A stretch of 49,861 bases of DNA from a virus. Taxonomy: Duplodnaviria > Caudoviricetes. The notes under the pieces are model-generated. The model made no database searches. It saw nothing but the letters and a program-made list of their open reading frames with translations, and was not told the origin of the DNA. This document shows positions 1-8,882 of the stretch, in pieces. The stretch is from the IMG/VR virus record IMGVR_UViG_3300020045_005736, positions 1 to 49,861 of that record; one strand, 5' to 3'. Within the stretch, counting starts at the first letter, position 1. The number at the start of each line of letters is the position of its first letter. The position numbers and the translations under genes are program-made.

Positions 1-2
1 AG

Positions 3-1745
3 AACAGGGATAATCGTTATAAGGATTTGGATATTAAGCAACTTCAGCAAGATGGGACGATTGCGAAGGATCAGTATATGTGTCCAGTGCGGGCAATAAA
101 TAGTAACATTATGAGAGAGCATCCGCTCTATGTGAACTATTTTAGACAATCGCGAAGGCTAGTGATCTTTGACAGTATTAAAAATAAGATGTTTGACCCG
201 GAGCAAATAGAAGCGGAGTTTACACGGGGAATGCAGTATAGTGGATGGGAGACGCCACTCTTTAAGGTAGTGGATGGGGCTTGCACGCATGGGTGGGATA
301 GTGTGGAAGTAACGCTTGATGAGTCAAAACCGTTTGATGTGGCGATTGAACATATAGGGAATGACAAGTTGATCTTTCCTAAAACCTCTCAGAACATTCA
401 ATTTAATGAATGTATTATGAGAAAGTTCACGGTATATAATAAGCAGCTTCAAACACTAGGGAAGAAGTTTGGATTTAATTTGGCGGAATTAGACCGGATT
501 GGAAAAGAGATTGTAAAGGATGATGTGGAGAAGACGCTGGATATTTATAAGGTATTTTATCGGGAAAATGGAATTGTATATGTGGCGTGGTCTGCGGGAG
601 AGAAAGGAGCGGACTGGCTTAAAGCTCCCCAAAAATTAAACCTTGGGAAGAAAAAACTAATTACGACTAAAGTCCCGGTCACTGATGAACTTACTGGGAT
701 GCAACTTGGCTTTAGAGAGGAAAGTCAACTTGTAGATGCGGAGGAGTATATGTTTCCCATCTTTCTCCTTCCTTACTACGAGACGGAGCAACAGCTTATT
801 TTTAACCATGTGGGACGTGTCTTTCTTGATAAGCATAAGCAAGAGGCGAAAACAGCGAATCTTTCTCAATTTCTTAATGGATGCCAAAGGGCAAGTAACT
901 TTTATCCTTCGGTAAAAGAAGAAACAGGGAAGACGGCGAAAGAACTACAAGGTCTTACGATTACATCTGGTAAGTTGCTCCCGTTCCCAATTACATATTG
1001 GTCTCCGGCCTATCCAGACCAGACGATGCTGAACCTACAGAACTATCTGGATGTGATGGATAGTAATGAGGCGGGACAGATAAATTTTTCCGTGGCAAAT
1101 AGGAAAGATAGTCGAAAGACGGCGACAGAAATTCAAGCGGCGCAAAATGAGAACAGTCAATTGAATTCTGTACAAGTAGTTCTTTTCTCTACATTTCTGC
1201 GTGAGGTCTACACTTTTGTGTGGGGAATAGTAAAGAGCAAAGCGATTAATGGAGAAATTACATTTCTGTGGGATGAAGCGACACAATCGAATAAGATTGA
1301 GGATATTGACCAAGAATTTGATATAAAGGCGGCAGGAGATATAGATGTGATTAAGCGGAGCGAACAACTGGCGCAGTATAAGGAGCTTTGGGGTTTAGTT
1401 GCTACGACTCCAATCGCTATGCCATTTTTGGCGGATATGTTAAAGTTGTCTTTGCCTATGGACGGGAAAGGAGAGATGTATGCGAAGATGCTTATGAGCG
1501 GCGACCCGGCAATACTTATTCAGCAATTACTACAATTACTTCAAGTGGTGACAGATGAGGAAGATATTGCGCTTATGACGCCAGAAAGTAAAATGGTATT
1601 TCAAAATCTACAGATGCAAGCGACACAATATCTTTCCGCACAACCCAGTATGCAGCAAGGAGCTAATCAGTCTCCGCAAAGCGGTAGCAACTCTGTAGCT
1701 TCTCAGCAACCACAACCGCCCCAGATGGCAACAGCTCAACAATAA
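3..1745 (+). CDS. Portal (head-tail connector) protein, 5'-truncated by window edge
   Basis: Frame open from base 3; 'RKTATEI' motif typical of T7/P22-type portals; Q-rich C-terminus; position before scaffold and capsid. Confidence 0.8.
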   Translation, partial: NRDNRYKDLDIKQLQQDGTIAKDQYMCPVRAINSNIMREHPLYVNYFRQSRRLVIFDSIKNKMFDPEQIEAEFTRGMQYSGWETPLFKVVDGACTHGWDSVEVTLDESKPFDVAIEHIGNDKLIFPKTSQNIQFNECIMRKFTVYNKQLQTLGKKFGFNLAELDRIGKEIVKDDVEKTLDIYKVFYRENGIVYVAWSAGEKGADWLKAPQKLNLGKKKLITTKVPVTDELTGMQLGFREESQLVDAEEYMFPIFLLPYYETEQQLIFNHVGRVFLDKHKQEAKTANLSQFLNGCQRASNFYPSVKEETGKTAKELQGLTITSGKLLPFPITYWSPAYPDQTMLNLQNYLDVMDSNEAGQINFSVANRKDSRKTATEIQAAQNENSQLNSVQVVLFSTFLREVYTFVWGIVKSKAINGEITFLWDEATQSNKIEDIDQEFDIKAAGDIDVIKRSEQLAQYKELWGLVATTPIAMPFLADMLKLSLPMDGKGEMYAKMLMSGDPAILIQQLLQLLQVVTDEEDIALMTPESKMVFQNLQMQATQYLSAQPSMQQGANQSPQSGSNSVASQQPQPPQMATAQQ

Positions 1746-1757
1746 GGAACTATTGCT

Positions 1758-2057
1758 ATGGACAACGAGGCGACAGATAATATTGAATCAACATCAGTTG
1801 AGCAACATCGGCTTTACGAGGAACGACTTGCGAGAGATGATTGGAAGAAGAATAATATTACGAGAGAGTTTAGAAAGGAGTTAACTGAAAAGTACGATAA
1901 TCTTCTTCTTAATGCGATAGTGTCACGGAGACTTAATGATAATGATAGAGCACTTGGATTACTTTCTTCTGCGGACGGGATTAAGAGCGCGATAGATTTA
2001 TTTGATGATTTCGGAAGTAGTAATAGTGTCGGTGTCAATCAACAACAACAACGATAG
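1758..2057 (+). CDS. Small hypothetical protein between portal and scaffold
   Basis: 99-aa ORF, AAGGA upstream, position commonly occupied by a small gene in podovirus head modules. Confidence 0.6.
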   Translation: MDNEATDNIESTSVEQHRLYEERLARDDWKKNNITREFRKELTEKYDNLLLNAIVSRRLNDNDRALGLLSSADGIKSAIDLFDDFGSSNSVGVNQQQQR

Positions 2058-2082
2058 TCAACAATCAAGATAAAATAATATT

Positions 2083-3384
2083 ATGCCAGCAGACAACACA
2101 GTAACGACGAATGGTGAGGGAACAAACTCGATGAATAAAGAGGTTGAGGATTTGATGAAACCTTTTGAGTTCTCGGATAATAGTGGAGAAGTTCCACCGG
2201 GAGGGGAAGGAGAGACGGTACCTATTAGTGAGGCTGAACAACAAGCAACTAGGGCGGAGAACCTCGCAAAAGCCGCGGAGACCGCCAAAGCTCCGGAAGG
2301 TGAGAAGGCGAAAACCGAAGTGAAGGCCGCCGCGGACAAGAAGGAGGGGGAGGATAAAACAGCGACTAAGGGAAAGTTGTCGGGGAAAGAACTATTGGAT
2401 AACATTAATAATTTGACTGAAAGTGGAAAAGTAACCACAGCGAAAGCTCCGGAAAAATCCAAAGAGCAAACTACTGAAGAACCCAAAGGTGCTCCTCCCG
2501 CTCGTGACGTCTCGATGTTTGGAGAGCAAGAGCAAGTATGGCTTAAAAGGATGCCGTATGAGGCATATGAATACTTTAAGAAAGAGCTACTTGAGAAGCG
2601 AGAATCTACGACAAAAACCACGGAGCAGCTAAAGAAGTATGAAGAAGAAGTAAAGCAGCTCAAGACGGGAAAAGTGGCTATACCTGAATCCTATTACGAT
2701 AATCCTGATTCAGTGATTCTTACGCCCGAGTTTAATGAAGCTCAAACACGTTATCAAACAACACAGAATATTGAATCGCATTGGGCGCAACAGCTAGAGC
2801 TTATCGAGAAGGGAGAGAATTGGACAGATTTGGTTGCAGATAAGGATGGGAATATTGTTCTGGGTAAGAGTTATGAACCTGGAGTTAATGCGAAGATTGC
2901 GGTTCAAAAACAACTTCAAAAAGCTATAAGCCAAACACAAAAGTATCAAGAGGAGCTTGAAGGATATGTGAAGAACTTTAAGACTCGGAGTGAGGAACAT
3001 CGGGGAAAGTTAATTTCCTATGAAAAGCAACTCTTTCCACTCTTTGAGGATAAGGAGAATGGAGCTGAAGCGATTAAATATCTTGAGACAGAAATAGTTC
3101 CTAATCTTGAGAAAGCAGGGGTGCGGCGCGATAATCCTATTTTTACCGCATATGCTAAATCGCTTGCGATGAATTATCTCTTTCGCGACCAGCTTATTGC
3201 ACTACAAAATAACACACTTGAGGAGGAGAAGAAAAAAGAAGCGGAGAAGAAGGCACTAGAGGAAAAAGCTAAACGGGGGCCAAACGGTTCGGACTTAGCG
3301 GGGGCATCGGCGGATACGGGAAAACCCTCAGCCAAAGCTAAACCGTCGTTTAGTCAAATGGATAGTTTGATTAGGGGAGTGTAA
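2083..3384 (+). CDS. Putative capsid scaffolding protein
   Basis: Acidic/K-rich low-complexity N-terminus, helical/coiled-coil body, located between portal and capsid. Confidence 0.65.
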   Translation: MPADNTVTTNGEGTNSMNKEVEDLMKPFEFSDNSGEVPPGGEGETVPISEAEQQATRAENLAKAAETAKAPEGEKAKTEVKAAADKKEGEDKTATKGKLSGKELLDNINNLTESGKVTTAKAPEKSKEQTTEEPKGAPPARDVSMFGEQEQVWLKRMPYEAYEYFKKELLEKRESTTKTTEQLKKYEEEVKQLKTGKVAIPESYYDNPDSVILTPEFNEAQTRYQTTQNIESHWAQQLELIEKGENWTDLVADKDGNIVLGKSYEPGVNAKIAVQKQLQKAISQTQKYQEELEGYVKNFKTRSEEHRGKLISYEKQLFPLFEDKENGAEAIKYLETEIVPNLEKAGVRRDNPIFTAYAKSLAMNYLFRDQLIALQNNTLEEEKKKEAEKKALEEKAKRGPNGSDLAGASADTGKPSAKAKPSFSQMDSLIRGV

Positions 3385-3388
3385 AGAT

Positions 3389-3676
3389 ATGATTAAAATT
3401 ATTATCGATCTATTTTGGCTTGCAATCATAGCAAGTGGGATAGTATTCTTTGGCATAGTCGTCGTAGGTATGTGTGTCGCACTTAGACCGTGGGGATGGT
3501 TACTTGAACGTTATGCGAAGAAGAAAAAACTTCTTTGTTTTTCATGTGCGGACAAACTTGAGCGACAAGAAATGTTTAAGATTATTTATCATCGTAAACC
3601 TGGTCATTACACATGTACAGAGTGTAAGACTTATTTTTGTGTCGAACGAGAAATACTTCCGACAGCGAGTTGTTAA
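3389..3676 (+). CDS. Small membrane protein with Zn-ribbon
   Basis: N-terminal hydrophobic helix followed by CFSC...CTEC. Confidence 0.55.
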   Translation: MIKIIIDLFWLAIIASGIVFFGIVVVGMCVALRPWGWLLERYAKKKKLLCFSCADKLERQEMFKIIYHRKPGHYTCTECKTYFCVEREILPTASC

Positions 3677-3737
3677 AGATACTTTTCGGGGAATCGCATC
3701 CGAAGTTTAGAAAACACGATAAAAGATATATTGCAAC

Positions 3738-3754
3738 TTGGCACAGAACTTGCA
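3738..3754 (+). promoter_or_regulatory. sigma54 (-24/-12) promoter upstream of major capsid gene
   Basis: TTGGCACAGAACTTGCA matches YTGGCAC-N5-TTGCW; intergenic; correct orientation. Confidence 0.8.
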
Positions 3755-3893
3755 GTATAACTTCCGTAAGTCTTCGCTACTATTGGGCTTGAGCAACCCG
3801 CGCTTCTAAGGACGTGAGCACTCCATTCCGAGATACATATCGTTTGTAATCTCACATAAAGTTTTAATAACTTAGTAGAAAGATAATAATCAA

Positions 3894-5207
3894 ATGCCTA
3901 CAATAATGCCGGCAGTCGATCAAGGTATCATTTCTGCGTGGAATGAAGTTGAACAATCCACGTATAATTCGTATCCTTTTTGGCTCGCCAAATATACAGT
4001 TCAACGGCGAAAGACATATGCGACCCACTCGCGTCTTTTCGGTAAACAGAAGTGGACTTCAAACATGGGGCCGGTTATGCGTGGTGTACGTAAGGAACCT
4101 TCGCCTCATCTTCGTCAGGAGTTTGCTCCTGCGGAAATGTCTGGTGTTCCTCGCAAAGATATTGTTGATGTGCAGGAAATGACTGTGGAGGCTACGCTCA
4201 AACGTCATCGTTTTGAGTCGCGAGTCTTCCCATTCTATCCGTTCTTTAACGATTTCATGCGGGACCATCTTGTTGCTACGACTACTGATCTTAGTGATAA
4301 GATTATGCGAGCCGAAGACATCTTCTGCCGCACTGGGCATTTTCATATGTCTCCGCACGTGTTCATTGCTAACAGGGCCGGAGGAGAAGTTCTTACGAAT
4401 GTTCCTTTCTGGGATGGTAAGGACATGAGTGGTGTATATGGAGGTACGGTGGGTAAGACCCTCGGTTGGCGTCAATCGGTTATTCCTCAAGTTGGTAATC
4501 CTGGAAACCTCTCTATCGTAAATGTCTTCCAAGCAGATAGCTATTTGCGTGAAGACGTTCGTGCGGTTTGTTGGACGGATGGTTCTCAAGGCGGTGCGCC
4601 GAAAGACGACTCGCCTATGAGCGGTAAGAACGTACTTGTATGTTCTAACGAAGCGTATAATCAATTCCGCTTCGACCCATTCCTTCTTGATAATCGGCGC
4701 ATTGATCTTGATATTGTCCAGCATGGATTTAAGGGCAGTATTGGGGATAATGTTGTTTGTAAGATTGAGGACTTGCCACTTAGGATGGCGGCGGATGGAA
4801 CATTCCCTGCGCCTGAAACTCGTGTAGTTGCGGGGGCAGGAGTCTTTAATCTTAACGAGTCTGTGCTTAATCCCGCTTATCGGGATGCGCCTTATGAATG
4901 GGCGTGGCTCTATGCGGCTGATGCGTATAAGTCTCTAGAGGTTGGTCCTCCTCCTGGTGAGTTTACTGGGGACACGGAACCTAAAGGTTTCGCGAACATG
5001 TTCTGGAACGGGGAAGTTAAAGTGACGAAGCTCTTTAATATTCCTTACATGGACCCTGAAAATGCGAACCAAACGTATTATGAATTTAATACGTATGGCG
5101 AACATCTTAAGGCGATCAGCCAGTCATACTTTGGTATGCTTGGGACACAACGGCGGAATGCGATTCCGATTCTGTTTAAGCGTCTGCGGGGTGTCGCGGG
5201 GTACTAA
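3894..5207 (+). CDS. Major capsid protein
   Basis: 437 aa, follows scaffold, has its own promoter and long leader; inferred mainly from synteny and size. Confidence 0.7.
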   Translation: MPTIMPAVDQGIISAWNEVEQSTYNSYPFWLAKYTVQRRKTYATHSRLFGKQKWTSNMGPVMRGVRKEPSPHLRQEFAPAEMSGVPRKDIVDVQEMTVEATLKRHRFESRVFPFYPFFNDFMRDHLVATTTDLSDKIMRAEDIFCRTGHFHMSPHVFIANRAGGEVLTNVPFWDGKDMSGVYGGTVGKTLGWRQSVIPQVGNPGNLSIVNVFQADSYLREDVRAVCWTDGSQGGAPKDDSPMSGKNVLVCSNEAYNQFRFDPFLLDNRRIDLDIVQHGFKGSIGDNVVCKIEDLPLRMAADGTFPAPETRVVAGAGVFNLNESVLNPAYRDAPYEWAWLYAADAYKSLEVGPPPGEFTGDTEPKGFANMFWNGEVKVTKLFNIPYMDPENANQTYYEFNTYGEHLKAISQSYFGMLGTQRRNAIPILFKRLRGVAGY

Positions 5208-5234
5208 GTTAACTTACTTAAACAAAGAAATAAT

Positions 5235-5753
5235 ATGAATAAATTCATTCTTACATCATTAGCGATGATTGGGCTTTCGCTCAGTCTCGTAGCTCAAACA
5301 GTCACTATCGCTACTATTGGTGCTTCCTCTGGTACTAATGCGATTGCGGTTGGGGTAGATAACACTAATTTCATGGTGACTCGCGTCACGGTGATTAGTG
5401 CTACCGCTAACATTGTGCGTTTTTACGACGCATATACTAATGCGGGAGTTGCGGCGAACGTGGGTATTACGGCACTTAGTTATACGAATGGCGCTTATAC
5501 TAATTGGTTGAGTGCGTCATTTACGAATATTGTCACATTTACTAACTCGCTCGGACGCACGCAGCAAAATAGTTACATTGGTCTTAGCAACTACGCCGCA
5601 ATTGTCGCGGCAGGTAGTAATAGCTATCCGATCATTGGCACTATCGCGGTTGCGGCCGGAACTCCGTACAGTTTGCCAGTGAACTGGAATGTTACACGAC
5701 AGCTCTGGATTGCTGGCACTAATGCGGCGACGGTAGCTATTGAATACCAGTAA
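5235..5753 (+). CDS. TN-rich beta protein with N-terminal signal peptide (possible capsid decoration protein)
   Basis: MNKFILTSLAMIGLSLSLVA|Q; directly after capsid gene. Confidence 0.55.
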   Translation: MNKFILTSLAMIGLSLSLVAQTVTIATIGASSGTNAIAVGVDNTNFMVTRVTVISATANIVRFYDAYTNAGVAANVGITALSYTNGAYTNWLSASFTNIVTFTNSLGRTQQNSYIGLSNYAAIVAAGSNSYPIIGTIAVAAGTPYSLPVNWNVTRQLWIAGTNAATVAIEYQ

Positions 5754-5829
5754 TCGGTACATGTTAAGAAGTCGAGAGCTTACTTGTATGAGATTATTGG
5801 TTGAAATGGTTGCTGGTTGTTGATGCGAC

Positions 5830-5874
5830 GGGGAGAAGGTTGAGATGGACGTAAGTCTTCTTGACCTTCTCCCC
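5830..5874 (+). terminator. Long stem-loop after capsid transcript (terminator, attenuator or processing site)
   Basis: GGGGAGAAGGTTGAGA...TCTTGACCTTCTCCCC inverted repeat; no U-tract, so termination is uncertain. Confidence 0.5.
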
Positions 5875-5894
5875 AAGGATAAAGTAAAATAGAA

Positions 5895-6518
5895 ATGAAT
5901 TCAGTTCTCCCAAACAAAAAGAAATTTCAACGCTTCGGAGTCGTATATCGAGACCCGATTCCGAGATTTCATGTGGGAGCGAGACAGAGGTCGTTACTTA
6001 CCGATAATGATTTAAGTGTTGTTGAGGATTCTGTAGTTTTAACTCCTGGAGATATAGACCCAGACCAAGGAGTAGAGTCGAATTACATGTTCGTTGAGTA
6101 TGTCGATGCGTCAGACAACAGATTCGCTTTACGTAAGCCAGGAGATGCAGAAGAGTATGTTATTTTTATCCAAGGTGGTTCAGGAGCGGAATATATTCTA
6201 ATCGAAGCGGGAGTTAATCAAACTCCGGGAACTGACCCGGTAGCTGTGGAAAGCTTTGGGTTTCAATTTTCTAGTGATGGCTACTTTAGACTTAAAAATG
6301 TTGACACAGGTTTGTGGCACGCTATTACTGTGGATGCCGGTGTTTTAGTCATAGCGGCTGGTATTATTTCAGCGGCGGCTTCTTTTACATATAATCCGGG
6401 ACTTAATTTTAGAATTACAGGCAATAAGTTCGACTTCAAAGATATTGTGACAGGTGATTGGTATAGACCCACTATCACTGGCTTAGTTAATCCTCAGATT
6501 CAATTAACATTACAATAA
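5895..6518 (+). CDS. Putative virion structural protein (fibre adaptor-like)
   Basis: 207 aa with two internal repeats (DGYFRLKNVDTGLWH / GNKFDFKDIVTGDWY); stop overlaps next start. Confidence 0.5.
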   Translation: MNSVLPNKKKFQRFGVVYRDPIPRFHVGARQRSLLTDNDLSVVEDSVVLTPGDIDPDQGVESNYMFVEYVDASDNRFALRKPGDAEEYVIFIQGGSGAEYILIEAGVNQTPGTDPVAVESFGFQFSSDGYFRLKNVDTGLWHAITVDAGVLVIAAGIISAAASFTYNPGLNFRITGNKFDFKDIVTGDWYRPTITGLVNPQIQLTLQ

Positions 6519-8314
6519 TGAAACGATTTCTCCTTTTAACTTTCAGTTTGTTACCTACACTACTTGTAGCTCAAACTCGCACAGTGGTAACATCAGATTC
6601 TGGAGTATTAGCTGCGCCCTCCAATTTTAAGGGAACTAACTTTCAAGTGGCTAATACAGTATTCGTTGACCCTGTTAATGGCTCCGATACGACGGGTCAA
6701 TTTGGGACTATCAATGCTTATCAGACGTTTGGGGCAGGTGTTAGTAATTTAGTGAACAATAGTCGTCTAGTCTTTCTTCCAGGGACTTCAACTGTGACGC
6801 CGAGGGTAGTTAGTAGTAATTACTTTGGGGGAATTAACTTGTTCAGTAAGACTAACATTCTCATCGAAGGCTCACCGGGCGCATCCATACTTGATGGGTC
6901 ATCTACGTATGGCGAGTTACTCTTTATAAGTAATTGCTTTGGAGTAACTCTTAGGGGCATCTCATTCATGGGTCATGTCAAGACGAATTGGACGGCAGCA
7001 GCTAATGATGGTGGATATGTAGGTGATTACTTATGGGCTGGTATTAGTATTTATCGTTGTGGCAGCATTTTATTTGAGAACAATCGAGTCGAAAATCATC
7101 ACGACCACGGTATTTGGGATTTGGCAGGCTATCAGAATTATGTAGACCTTAGTACTAACAATATAGTTGTTCGCAACAATTATTTTTACAATATCGGAAG
7201 TGCTCGCACTAATTTGTCGATTGATATAGATGGAACGGCCATTAGTCCAAGTGGATGGACAGTAGAGGGTAACTTTATCACTGATTGTTTGCGTGGTATT
7301 GAACCATTCGATGACAACACAGGAGGTTATGCTTTCTATAATTGTTTTATCCGCAACAACCTTATTCGCAACAGTATAGCTCGCGGCATCTTTAGTGCGG
7401 GCAGTACGAATGGACAGAATGTAGTGGTTGAGGGTAACTACATCTACTGGGATACTGGATACACACGCAGAGGTTCTAATGTTCTTGTTGATGCTCACGG
7501 TATTGAATTAGGCGGTGGCGGCGACGGATGGACTATTCGTAACAATAGATTCAAACATGTCCCCGGTAATTCTATCTCTTTAGCAAGTGTTCAGTTTGTG
7601 CGAAATGTTAAGATATACGACAACATATTTGAGTATCCTACTAACTGGATTAATGGCACTATCTCGTCTGCTATTGGTGTAGGTAATGGAAGTGGGACGA
7701 CTCCAAGCGGACAGAATTGTTTTATCATGCGAAACTTCTTTGACCGCTGCGGAGTGGGTATTCAAATCTATTCGTCAGGTAATGCTGAGATTACAGGGAA
7801 TAGATTCATTGACCCTATCGCTGGAGCTACTGCTTGTCTCTATGTGCAAGCGTTTCCATTTAACTCCAACCTAGTAGCTAGTGGTAATTCGTTCATTGAT
7901 ACTAAGGCTGCTGGTGTGCCGGGGATTTCCATTACATCAGGCAACATCAATTGCATGTTTGTCGATAATACGTTCGCAGGCTTTACGACTAAGTATGCGA
8001 ACAGTTCGGGAGATAATGCCACGATATTGGGTTCACCTAAGACATTCTCAGCGACAATTGATTTTCCATCTATTGGTGCTCCGGGGCAATTTACTACTAA
8101 TTTCACTGCAACTGGAGTTAAGACTAATGATGCAGTTCTACTGTCTTGGCCCGCCCAAGTTTATGCATCTGGTAACGTAACTAATCTTGTGTTTCAAGGC
8201 TGGTGCTCCAATGATGTGATTTATATTAGGGCGATGAATAATGACGCTGTTACTGCTGCTAATCCACCTTCGGTTACATTCAGAGGTATCGTTCGTCAAG
8301 TGGAAGCATACTAA
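6518..8314 (+). CDS. Right-handed beta-helix tailspike/depolymerase-like protein with signal peptide
   Basis: 'VFVDPVNGSDTTG' cap motif, many I/V-x-N-N-x-F repeats (pectin-lyase-like fold); N-terminal MKRFLLLTFSLLPTLLVA|Q. Confidence 0.75.
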   Translation: MKRFLLLTFSLLPTLLVAQTRTVVTSDSGVLAAPSNFKGTNFQVANTVFVDPVNGSDTTGQFGTINAYQTFGAGVSNLVNNSRLVFLPGTSTVTPRVVSSNYFGGINLFSKTNILIEGSPGASILDGSSTYGELLFISNCFGVTLRGISFMGHVKTNWTAAANDGGYVGDYLWAGISIYRCGSILFENNRVENHHDHGIWDLAGYQNYVDLSTNNIVVRNNYFYNIGSARTNLSIDIDGTAISPSGWTVEGNFITDCLRGIEPFDDNTGGYAFYNCFIRNNLIRNSIARGIFSAGSTNGQNVVVEGNYIYWDTGYTRRGSNVLVDAHGIELGGGGDGWTIRNNRFKHVPGNSISLASVQFVRNVKIYDNIFEYPTNWINGTISSAIGVGNGSGTTPSGQNCFIMRNFFDRCGVGIQIYSSGNAEITGNRFIDPIAGATACLYVQAFPFNSNLVASGNSFIDTKAAGVPGISITSGNINCMFVDNTFAGFTTKYANSSGDNATILGSPKTFSATIDFPSIGAPGQFTTNFTATGVKTNDAVLLSWPAQVYASGNVTNLVFQGWCSNDVIYIRAMNNDAVTAANPPSVTFRGIVRQVEAY

Positions 8315-8334
8315 TTTGTATTTATAGTTGTCTA

Positions 8335-8679
8335 ATGGACCATCCACTCTATAGCGGTTTTATATCTTCTACCTCTCCGGTGCTTTTTGCAAATACGGGG
8401 ACGCAAAAAGTAGAACTTAAAACAATAAGACTACTTAATCAAGATAGTTCTACACGAACATATTCGATTAGTCTTTTTTGTCGTGGGGTAGTGGTTCAAA
8501 TAAGTAATGGTGTGGGACAGACAAATCTTGACGCGGGTGAATCTATAGAACTTCTTGACCCAAGTCAAGGCTTTATTATCGACCCAGGTTGTATTTTACT
8601 TGGGACGAGTGACTTAAACAACAAGATTAGTGTAGTGATCGACGGGAAAGAATACTTTGAGGCGCGGTCGAGCAATTAG
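8335..8679 (+). CDS. Hypothetical structural protein
   Basis: 114-aa beta-rich ORF in structural module. Confidence 0.55.
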   Translation: MDHPLYSGFISSTSPVLFANTGTQKVELKTIRLLNQDSSTRTYSISLFCRGVVVQISNGVGQTNLDAGESIELLDPSQGFIIDPGCILLGTSDLNNKISVVIDGKEYFEARSSN

Positions 8680-8684
8680 AGCTT

Positions 8685-8882
8685 ATGTTACGCGACAATC
8701 TTGGACGGCAAAAACTAAACATAAGTGACTCAAACATTGGTGATGTGGGTGACAATGCGATATATCGAAATGGAAAATGGTACTTTAAGAATAACGTTGA
8801 TGGACTCTATTATGAACAACTTTGCACGACGGCAGATGGTACTGTTGTCTTTGCTCCTTCTGACACTGGGATTAGCTTCTAA
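8685..8882 (+). CDS. Small protein sharing the repeat of 5895-6518
   Basis: NGKWYFKNNVDGLYY resembles the repeats in the 207-aa protein. Confidence 0.55.
   Translation: MLRDNLGRQKLNISDSNIGDVGDNAIYRNGKWYFKNNVDGLYYEQLCTTADGTVVFAPSDTGISF

Noticed and set aside
2058-2663. Long antisense ORFs (e.g. 2058-2663, 4059-4724, 20557-21054)
   Set aside because: Shadow frames opposite well-supported genes.
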